Part shown: positions 1-11,300 of the stretch, piece after piece
Numbering within the stretch: the stretch's first letter is position 1
How the letters are laid out: each line of letters begins with the position of its first letter
Source: Lingula anatina
Taxonomy: Eukaryota; Animalia; Brachiopoda
Direction: 5' to 3'
DNA: 64,000 nt
Assembly (NCBI GenBank): GCA_051362555.1
Contig: CM120644.1
Coordinates: 25,318,534-25,382,533, forward strand
Translations under genes and position numbers: made by a program
Notes under the pieces: generated by a model
What the model was told of the DNA's origin: nothing
Databases searched by the model: none
Seen by the model: the letters and a program-made list of their open reading frames with translations, nothing else

Positions 1-2158
1 AATGTCCAGGTAACATATAACAGTGAGCAATGTCCAGGTAACATGTAACATTTTAGCAATATCCAGGTAACGTAATATTTATCAATGTCCAGGTAACATG
101 TAACAGTCAGCAATGTCCAGGTAACATATAACAGTGAGCAATGTCCAGGTAACATGTAACAGTGAGCAATGTCCAGGTAACATGTAACAGTCAGCAATGT
201 CCAGGTAACATGTAACAGTCAGCAATGTCCAGGTAACATGTAACATGTAACAGTCAGCAATGTCCAGGTAATATGTAACAGTCAGCAATGTCCAGGTAAC
301 ATGTAACAGTCAGCAATGTCCAGGTAACATGTAACAGTCAGCATGTAACAGTCAGCAATGTCCAGGTAACATATAACAGTGAGCAATGTCCAGGTAACAT
401 GTAACAGTGAGCAATGTCCAGGTAACATGTAACAGTCAGCAATGTCCAGGTAACATGTAATATTTAGCAATGTCCAGGTAACATGTAACAGTCAGCAGTG
501 TCCAGGTAACATGTAATATTTAGCAATGTCCAGGTAACATGTAACATGTAACATTCAGCAATGTCCAGGTAACATGTAACATTTTAGCAATGTCCAGGTA
601 ACATGCAATATTTAGCAATGTCCAGGTAACATGTAACATTTTAGCAATGTCCAGGTATCATGTAATATCTATCAATGTCCAGGTAACATGTAACAGTGAG
701 CAATGTCCAGGTAACATGTAACAGTGAGCAATGTCCAGGTAACTTGTAACAGTGAGCAATGTCCAGGTAACATGTAATAGTCAGCAATGTCCAGGTAACT
801 TGTAACAGTCAGTAATGTCCAGGTAACATGTAACATTTTAGCAATGTCCAGGTAACATGTAACATTCAGCAATGTCCAGGTAACATGTACCAGATCAGCA
901 ATGTCCAGGTAACATGTAACAGTGAGCAATGTCCAGGTAACATGTAACAGTGAGCAATGTCCAGGTAATATGTAACATTCAGCAATGTCCGGGTAACATG
1001 TACCAGTCAGGAATGTCCAGGTAACATATAACAGTCAGCAATATCCAGGTAACATGTAACATTTTAGCAATGTCCAGGTAACATGTAATATTTATCAATG
1101 TCCAGGTAACATGTAACAGTGAGCAATGTCCAGGTAACATGTAACATGTAACAGTCAGCAATGTCCAGGTAACATGTAATATTTATCAATGTCCAGGTAA
1201 CATGTAACAGTGAGCAATGTCCAGGTAACATGTAACAGTGAGCAATGTCCAGGTAACATGTAACAGTCAGCAATGTCCAGGTAACATGTAACATTTTAGC
1301 AATGTCCAGATAACATGTAATATTTATCAATGTCCAGGTAACATGTAACAGTGAGCAATGTCCAGGTAACATGTAACAGTGAGCAATGTCCAGGTAACAT
1401 GTAACATTCAGCAATGTCCAGGTAACATGTACCAGATCAGCAATGTCCAGGTAACATGTAACAGTGAGCAATGTCCAGGTAACATGTAACAGTGAGCAAT
1501 GTCCAGGTAACATGTACCAGTCAGGAATGTCCAGGTAACATGTAACATTTTAGCAATGTCCAGGTAACATGTAATATTTATCAATGTCCAGGTAACATGT
1601 AACAGTCAGCAATGTCCAGGTAACATGTAACAGTGAGAAATGTCCAGGTAACATGTACCAGTCAGCAATGTCCAGGTAACATGTAATATTTAGCAATGTC
1701 CAGGTAACATGTAATATTTAGCAATGTCCAGGTAACATGTAACAGTCAGCAATGTCCAGGTAACATGTAACAGTGAGCAATGTCCAGGTAACATGTAACA
1801 GTCAGCAATGTCCAGGTAACATGTAACAGTGAGAAATGTCCAGGTAACATGTACCAGTCAGCAATGTCCAGGTAACATGTAATATTTAGCAATGTCCAGG
1901 TAACATGTAATATTTAGCAATGTCCAGGTAACATGTAACAGTCAGCAATGTCCAGGTAACATGTAATATTTAGCAATGTCCAGGTAACATGTAACAGTCA
2001 GCAATGTCCAGGTAACATGTAACAGTGAGCAATGTCCAGGTAACATGTAACAGTCAGCAATGTCCAGGTAACATGTAACAGTCAGCTATGTCCAGGTAAC
2101 ATGTAACAGTCAGCAATGTCCAGGTAACATGTAACAGTCAGCAATGTCCAGGTAACAT
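1..2158 (+). repeat. 28-bp tandem array (AATGTCCAGGTAACATGTAACAGTCAGC), ~77 copies, continues beyond window start
   Basis: Direct reading; each unit contains CCAG|GTAACA. Confidence 0.95.
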
Positions 2159-2802
2159 AAATGTGGCACATTGCTGTCTGATGGTGCCCTGTTCAAGGCT
2201 CCTGTCAGTCTTTTGACCCCTCCTGTTGTTCTGCTTGCTTGGCAAAGAGTCTAATTTGACAGTGTTTTTGAGTGACATTTCCCTGCAGTTATTGATTGAA
2301 CAAACAGTGGGTGTGGGAGTGAAATGCATGGATTTAAAAGAACATTTGAGCTTTGACAAGTTATTGGTTTTAGCTTAATTTATTTGCTTGCATGAGTAAG
2401 ACATAAAACGCTTATTAAGGGGTTTATTTCAGATATTTTAAGTGTTGAGAAAGTGCATTAAATCTGAATGATTTGGAAGATGCATGAACCGGTTACTTTG
2501 GAACTATATAGGCATTTGCAGTTGTGTTGATGTTTCTCTCCTCCCAGCACTGCTCTTTTATAATTGACAATGAACCAGTAAGGATTGAATTTTGAGTGGG
2601 AGCTAAAAGACCTGTTGATATAATTTTTCATCCTATTTCCATTTACAAATGAGAAAAGCTGGAAGGCAACTCTACCAGACCCCCAAATATAACCATAAAT
2701 TGAGCCTGTCACAATGGTCATTATTCAAGTGCATGAGGAGATCACTTCCACAGGAACTTTGCCTACAACAAAATACTTGACTCTATCATATATTTGTTTC
2801 AG

Positions 2803-2970
2803 AGTGTGAATTCCCATTTATTCCAAATGTTGTTGAAGAACGGGACGGGAATATGACAGGAACCAATATCACCTACACCTGCCTGCCTGGGTACAAAGTG
2901 GTCTCTGGGGACACGACCAGGATCTGTCTAATCAACAGAACCTGGAGTGGCTCACCGCCTGTCTGTGGAT
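2803..2970 (+). CDS. PKD1-like exon: Sushi/CCP domain
   Basis: tttcag|AG...GGAT|gtaag, phase 1-1; CEFPFIPN..GTNITYTCLPGYKVVSGDTTRICLINRTWSGSPPVC has the CCP C-P..YTC..GY..C..W....P.C pattern. Confidence 0.88.
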
Positions 2971-4266
2971 GTAAGAATATGGTGGACAACTCCTAAAATT
3001 TAAACAATTAATGAGTGCCAATATTAAAGCTTGCAAGATTTATTATAGATTCTTTATTGATACACCTTCACAAATAAGGTACAATCAAAGACAGTACTTC
3101 TAACTATAACAGTACAAACAAGTAAATGAATAAATATACATGATTTCAATGTTTACATGTAGAATAATACCAATAAGTTAATTTATAAAGAGATATATAT
3201 GAAATGTATAATGATAATCTATAGGTGATGAATTTAAATAGATACACTGGAAAGAGTACAATCTATTAAGAGAGGACCTGTTCTCTTTGTTGTAAGCATC
3301 TATTTACAAAACACATAACCATTCTAAGAATGTCTATGTCTTGAGCACCCATAAGAAGATTAAACAGTTTATTATTGCTGAGGTCACCTAGGGGTAGGAA
3401 CTCTGACAGCTGCCCTCTGAAGGGATCATGTATTGAATCATATGCTTTGCACTCTAGCAGGAGGTGGAACTCATCTTCTACTTTATTCGAATCACAAAGT
3501 TTACAAAATATTATAATTATCAAAAATTTTACCTTAAAATATTTCACTTTTCAGCAACCTTTTCTATATCTGCTTAAGCTGGAATATCTTAGAAATTATT
3601 TATTTGTCATTTGTTTATTAACAATGCAACAGATGCCATGAACAAGACCTCCTCCCTTCATTAACATTAGAGTGCACAAACCACTTGGCCAGCTTTCATG
3701 TGGACCCTTCTGTCAATACCGGTTGTTTTTCTCAACCCAGGACTAATTTTCAATGATACAATCAATTAAAGCTCTCAAGATTCCTAGTCCTACAAGAGTA
3801 TCATTTTCTCCTCAGTCTGTGTTTGGCAAAAGAGAAAGGATTCTTGGCAACTTCATCAAGCCCCAATAGTTCTTTAATGACAGAATATGAGGAGTGTGAT
3901 CATACTTGTTTTGGTCACTTAGTCCCAATTAAACCTCAAAACAGTCTCAAAAGGTTTTTATCAAACGATATTAAGGCCACACTTTTTTATTTTTATGGAT
4001 GACATCCTCTCGAGACCCTGAAATTGGTGTGAGAGGTTGGGCAAAAAAAGCAGTCAAAAAAAATACTGCTTAAGTAAAGGAATTCTGTTAGTACACAGCT
4101 GGAAACAAATTTACCACAGAAACACGTATCAAACTAACACTATGTCTTTATCCATGCTCTCAAAATATTAAAGCATTGTCAATACTGCGAAGAAAGGTAA
4201 AAAAAGTCATGAATAGATATGCTACATATTACCAAATCTATATTAAGGGTATTTTATGCATTTTGT

Positions 4267-4309
<43 letters not shown>

Positions 4310-5312
4310 AATAAATAAAACTAATAAACAAACAGTGGGTCTTTCTTTGTGCTCTCAGAATATTAAGGCATTATGAACACTTCACAGAAATGTAAAAAAT
4401 CATGCAAAGATATGCTTAATACTACCAAATCTATTAATACTATCAAATTAAAGGTAATTTCGGTCAACGCCGTTTTGTCTACTTTGACTCGCACCAAGTA
4501 GCCAAAGTGTCGGGTGGCCTGTCCGACCTTCAGCCCACCAAATACCTCCACACCCTTGTGGACCCTGTTTTCACTACATAAAAGGTGCTGCTTTGGACAG
4601 AATGTCACTGAAATTTTCACAGCCACCAGCCTTTCTTATAATTATAGAAAGGTGATATCTCCATGCCCAATAACAATGGCATGCCAATCCAAAACGACGG
4701 CCTCACGCCTCTTTATGACTTTAATTGTTGTGTAACTTGACAGTAATCCTAGAGATGAATTTGATGGCAAAGCCACCAATTTCCACGTGGCGATAATACG
4801 CATGTGCAGAAAGCTCATTTTCCTGCAAAATTCAATAAGGACGTTTGCGACAACTGTCTTTTGGGGGTAAGGTTTTTTTTTTGTTTTTTTTTTTCGGAGA
4901 ACAGACAAAAATTGGTGTGCGCGCAGGATGTCATCCATAAAAATAAAAAGTGGGGCCTAATGTATTCATACACATGTAATTAATCCACTGTGCATACCAG
5001 GTATATGTCAGAATTTTACGCTGGACAATCTCCAGTTCATATAGAGAACATAACAAATTTTTAGATGAGCAGATTTATGGTTCATGGACCAGATAGTGGT
5101 ATGCTTGTGGCCACAAAAATTTTACATTCAGGTTCTTAATTGATGTCTTGAGTCATAAATTTGACCGTTCATGCTTACAAATCTTCAGTTCAAGTTTGCA
5201 AAAGTCTCTTCTGTTTATAAGGTCTGACATATATATCTATATTTATTTCTGTAAATACATATTTTAATTAATTAGGCTTAAGCTTTAATTAATTTATATA
5301 TTTGAAGTTATT

Positions 5313-5374
<62 letters not shown>

Positions 5375-8300
5375 AGATGGAGGGAGCTGGTTGGCCTGGG
5401 GAGCCTGGGGTGATTGTTCTGCGCTGTGTGGGACAGGAACCACATCCAGAAACCGTACCTGTCATGACCCAAATGTGCCCAGTGAACAGGCCCTGTGTAC
5501 AGGTGGCGCCACCAACTCAACCCAGACAGCGACCTGCTTGGATCAAATTTGCCCACGTATTTAGAAATATTGAACATATTTTTGAACAAAAATATCACAT
5601 ATTACCTTCAGCCATAGATTTATAGATAATGGTACTATTTTAATATATCAAAGTGTCAGCTGTTAATATCTGAATATGAACTCATGTTATTTTAATAATA
5701 ATAATAATAATTTGTATTTTAAGATACTGTCTCCCTACTATTTTTTCTCTAGTTTTCAAATAAATCAGTTAATAATTAATTTCTGTTTCATATCCAAGCA
5801 CATATGTCAATGGTTATTTCAGATTGCAGCACAATGAACTGCCTAGGGCTGTGTATAGTGAGAGATCTACACTCCTACTGTGTCTGCCCTCACAGTGTGG
5901 AAGACAAAGTTGGCACAGTTGAACACTCAGCGCTCTACATAACACAGAGGTGATTCTTCCTGAGGAAAAGGATTTAACCACTGAAAATTTAATTATCATA
6001 TATTTCCCACTGTCCACAAATTATGAGTTGACATGTAAGATTGGCGTATAAAGTCTGACCCTGAAGCCAAATACTTCTCCAAACTTAATTTTCCAGTTGT
6101 TTCTCTTGGACTGGGTTCCCACACTTAGATCAATCTACCAGGATCGATCCATCTCCAAGGGGTTTCTTGCTAAATTGCTTTCAGCGGAAGAGGCTTTGAT
6201 GCCTGGCTCCCCCAGTGAGGCTGTTAATGATAATTAATTACCTGCTAGCAGTGTAAGTAGGCCTAACAGATATCTGTGCCGCTTAACTTGATTGCAGTTT
6301 AGCAAAAATCTCCTTGTAGATAGATCAATCCACAGTTAGGATGATAGAGACTGGGAATGGTCTCTAGGTATACTGGTCAGTGTTAGCTGTCTATCCCTGG
6401 AGCCAAGGTGTCCATACTTAATTGTCCAGTTGTTTCTCTAGGTGTACTGGTCAGTGTAAGCTGTCTGACCCTGGAGCCAAGGTGTCCATACTTAATTGTC
6501 CAGTTGTTTCTCTAGGTGTACTGGTCAGTGTAAGCTGTCTGACCCTGGAGCCAAGGTGTCCCTAGAGGCTGTGTGTTATCACTGTGACTCCATGGACTAC
6601 CTATGGGACCTCAACCCAGTGAACACCACAGTACAGGGACTGGACTGGAGCCAGGACACCACCACTGAGAGAACAGAGAGAGGACTGAGTATTAAACCAG
6701 GTGTTCTTATACCTGGGGAGCTCTACCAGGTCACAACACATGGTAAGTATTGTGACAACAGATGAATGAATTTTGCTAATTTGAAGATTTAAGATTTGCC
6801 CTTGGGACATACCCATATATTTAAGACTATCTTACACATTTTCTGCAGTGTTATGTCAATATCTTCAGTGTTGTCTACATCATGTCTTGTGTGTCTGTAG
6901 GTACAAGTCAGTCTGCTGGTACAGTGCTGTCTACATCATGTCATGTGTGTCTGTAGGTACAAGTCAGTCTGCTGGTACAGTGCTGTCTACATCATGTCAT
7001 GTGCGTCTGTAGGTACAAGTCAGTCTGCTGGTACAGGGCTGTCTACATCATGTCATGTGTGTCTGTAGGTACAAGTCAGTCTGCTGGTACAGTGCTGTCT
7101 ACATCATGTCATGTGTGTCTGTAGGTACAAGTCAGTCTGCTGGTACAGTGCTGTCTACATCATGTGTCATACAAATGGGGACCAGCCCTAGTCCAGGAAT
7201 ATGCACAGTTTCTCCTTCCACTGGCTTTGAGATTGTCACCAATTTCTCAGTGAATTGCTCTGGGTTCATTGACAGCACCAGTCAACTCCACTACAACTAC
7301 CATTTTTGGGACGGAGATCCTGCTACCAAGAATCAATCAGGTAACTGATCTGCAGTTTGTTGATGAATAGTTTAAAACAAATTTAGATAACAGAATACTG
7401 CAGCTTTAAATGACAAAACAGAACTCGAAATGGCAACAGTTAAAATTGTTAGGCAAGTCTATGTCATATAATCATAGGAATTGCATAACATGGTCTTTTG
7501 AAATCTCAACCAAACCTTAGCTGAATTTCTGAGTCTGATATGTATGCACATATGGAGATGAAGAAGCTTTCATGTATTACACCTGAAGCTCATAGTAATA
7601 TTCCAACAGTAAGGGGTGATCTGTTGGTATCCACCAATATTTGTGTAAAAATGTTCATATTTTCCTCAGGTGTCCTGTTAGGCAGCAGTTCTGGTGGTTA
7701 TATCCACATCTCTGCTCTGTCTGTGTCCCCAGCCAGTGAGAACAGTCAGGGGGAGGTCCGTGTGCATGTTGTCAATGAAGATGGTATGAAGACTGTGGTG
7801 ACTTCCACTGTCCAGGTATGTTAACATTATCTGTGGGGGTTAGAGTGTGTACATGTTGTCAATGACAATGGTATGAGGACTGGGGTGACTTCCACTGTCC
7901 AGGTAATGTTTACATTATCTGTTGGGGTTAGAGTCCCAGACAGCCTCAGTGATCTGGCCCACGTCTGGCCCAGATCTGGCAACGTCTGGCAATGTCTGGC
8001 AAAAGGTATGGCCCACGTATGGCTTGCCACATCTGGCCCAGTCCACATTTGCTCATGTTGCCAGATGGTTCCAGATCTGGCAATATCTGGCAAAGGTATG
8101 GCATGCCGGATGTGGACCAGATGTGGGCCAGATCAAATTCAAAGGGGCCAGATTAGGGCCAGACATGGACCACATATGGCCCAGATTGTTTTTTTGTTTT
8201 TTTTTTTTAATAATTATTTTATATTATTCAATAAGATTACTATAAAAAAAGACATACAAGATTCAAGATTCAAGTATTTATTCTGTGCTACAAACCTAAA

Positions 8301-11300
8301 CAAAATTATAACACATTATATCATCTTGCTGGCAACTTACATGTAACAAATTAAGGGCCACTCCTTGTTTTTTTGTACAAAACAATGTATGTTTGAAAAA
8401 AAAAAAAAAACTTCTCGCAAAAAGGCAAATATACAGACACTTAACAGGAGGAAATGTCACTTACATACATGTTAAGAAAAAAGTAATAACAACAAAAATT
8501 TTTTTTCAACACAAAGCTGCTCATCGAATCTGAATTAACACAAAAATACAAAAATTGTAATTAATTATGTATGTACATGGGGGGGGGGGGGGGGGGGGTT
8601 GAGGGGGAGAAATATTTTTGCACACCTTAACCTAAATAATGTTATACATTGTCATTTTTAAACTAATTCAAACATATCATTAATAATCATAATCACTAAT
8701 GAATATAGTTCTGTAATGAATAAATCTTGAATAATGAATGAAAAAACATTGTTTTTTAGATGACGGAGAGTTATAACAAAATTATAAATAACCATGCAGT
8801 AACTGTTTCAAATCAACTTGCATGCTGGCTACAGTACATACATGTAAACTCTGAAAAAAGAATTATGTATACCCCAGCACAGATATAGATGTACAGTTAA
8901 AAGAGAATTACATGTACACAAAAACAAACCCCAGTATCAATGCTTTTGAATTAAATCACATCACGAATCAAATCACTCAATGAATTGAACCAGTTTGCTA
9001 CGCTTGCGCTTTTTTGTATATCCATAACACTAAGAAATGATACATCCGGCTCCTTGACAAGCTTATAATTATTAAAGGAATTAACAATGGAACAAGTAAC
9101 TCTACCAAGTTAACAACAGTTCATTCAAATGTCAAGTCAAAACACAACATCCCTTCCTTTCATGGAGAGAAACGGTCCTTTCAAAATATGCTAATTGACA
9201 GTTCAGTCTTTAAAATGTCTTTTCAAGCATTTGCAGAATAGCATATGAACTCCAACTATTATTCTTTAAACCACACTGAAAATTCTCAAAACTAATCAAC
9301 TCATATCAAATCCCATGTCCTTTCACTACTACTGGTCTCTTCCTTTGCTTGCCTTTACGTCACATTCAAATGTTCCCTTCACTTTTAAAGGTTTCTCAGA
9401 CATGTATGAATAATACTGTTTGTTTTCTGGGCCTCCACAAGAGCCACATTTATTTTTCTTGGATTTCAGCATTCTCCATGTATTTTCATCAATGATATTA
9501 CAATATGCACCTGAATCTGGTAATACACTGAGATTAACGCCTCCTCTATTTCCACCATGTCTTCTGTGTATATTGCATTGGTTCCCACACCAAATGTATA
9601 TGCACTCCTGGATTATCATGTTCAAAGCTGTCATTTACATGAATAATAGTTTCAGTTTTGCAGACTTTTGCAAAGTGATCCAACGTTCCATGTTTTCTCA
9701 GTCGGGGAGTTTCTACTTCGTTTTTCATGTTTAAACTCGTAATGTTAAGACTGGCTTGGTTTGTCAAATGACTTCGGTTTCATCATACTCACAGTTTCTG
9801 GTGTTCCAATTTCATTTAAAGCGTTAACTGTATATTCATGTTTCTCACCTGTGTTTGGGAGAGTCCTGAAAATATCTTGTACAGTAACTGTACACCTGTC
9901 CCTGCTGAATACAACATAAGCGCGCGTCTCCTCTGACATGTATTTTTAATTTTCTATCTTTGTACATTATTCATGCCGTCCGTTGGGTCTGAAACGATCA
10001 ATCCTTTTCCGTCAGCGAAGAGTTTAAAACTGTCTAGCCATCGCGTGTGACCCTAATGTCTCCGGACTTCTGTACGTTTCGAAATTCGTAATTTCATATT
10101 TTCCTCCATTTTCTCAAAGAAAGTTGGCTCACAGTTTTGCACTAGTGTTAATCCTCGTCGCCAGTGTTGATGCCTTAGAAATAAATCGCATCACGAATCA
10201 AATCACTCAACGAATTGTATCAGTTTGATACGCTTGTGTTTTTTTTCATATCCATAACTCTAAGAAACGCTACATCCGGGTCCTTGACCGGCTTATCATA
10301 AAAAGCGGAATTTTACAACAGCGGAACGAGTAGTTCAAAAAAGTTTTAGAAAGTGAATTCATTCAAATGTCAAGTCAAATTAAACAAACAGCACATTTAT
10401 GAGGGGACTTTGAAAAAAAAAAGAGAGAGAGAGAAATTAAATCAAAATTTATCAAATGATGTCAGTTTAATGCATTCAGCTCACTGGTCAATAAAAAATA
10501 AATAAATAGAAAATAAAAATTGAAAATGAAAGTACCATATCTGGCCCAAGTCTGGGCAGCATCTGGCAAAATGTGGCATAAATGCCAGAATTTGCCAGAC
10601 TTGGACCAGATCTGGTAAGTGTCTGGCAAAATCTGGCCCAGATATTGCCAGACGTTGCCAGATCTGGGCCAGACGTGGGCCAGATTACTGAGGCTGTCTG
10701 GGGTGTGTACATGTTGTCAATGACAATGGTTTAAGGACTGTGGTGACTTCCACTGTCCAGGTATGTTTATATTATCTGTGGGGGTTAGAGTGTGTACATG
10801 TTGTCAATGACAATGGTATGCAGGCATGAGATTTTTCCGTCTTTTGGCGGAATTCCGACTTTTTTCCTTCAAAAATGTCATTTTTTATATCATTGCAAAT
10901 CCGTTGAGAAAATTTCAGGGGGGGGGGGGGGGTAGGGGTACCCTTCCCTTCCCCGGCGAGACCCTTCACTCATCGGCACTCGCATGTTTTCAATTTTGAC
11001 CTTGCCGAAAAACGTTACCAACCGTACATATATATCGATTCTGGGACGCACTGTTATCAAGGGGGAAACTTTTGCGACATCTATACGACATTTATACAGT
11101 CATTGAATGCAATTACCGTAAAACGGCCTGTATCCTGTTCATATAGCGCTGCGCGGTTTTTTCCATGTGGTATCGTGTGTCGCTTTTGCGTTTTGGAAAA
11201 TGAAGCTACTTGAGGCCGGTGTAAACGACGATAGAGTCAGAGAAATCGATAAAGGGATTAAGAATAAATTCAGATAGGTTGTTTTACTAGATCGGTTGTG

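Noticed and set aside
1-2158. CRISPR-like array (also 37225-39876 and 62955-64000)
   Set aside because: Head-to-tail repeats without unique spacers, in a eukaryotic intron context, with no cas genes.
8255-8800. Possible LINE 3' tail (TTCAAGATTCAAGTATTTATT) inside the CACTA-like element
   Set aside because: No recognisable ORF2 remnant; too weak to call.
10151-10163. tRNA gene
   Set aside because: Only 13 nt matching a tRNA-Ser 3' end including CCA; this is the retroelement primer-binding site.
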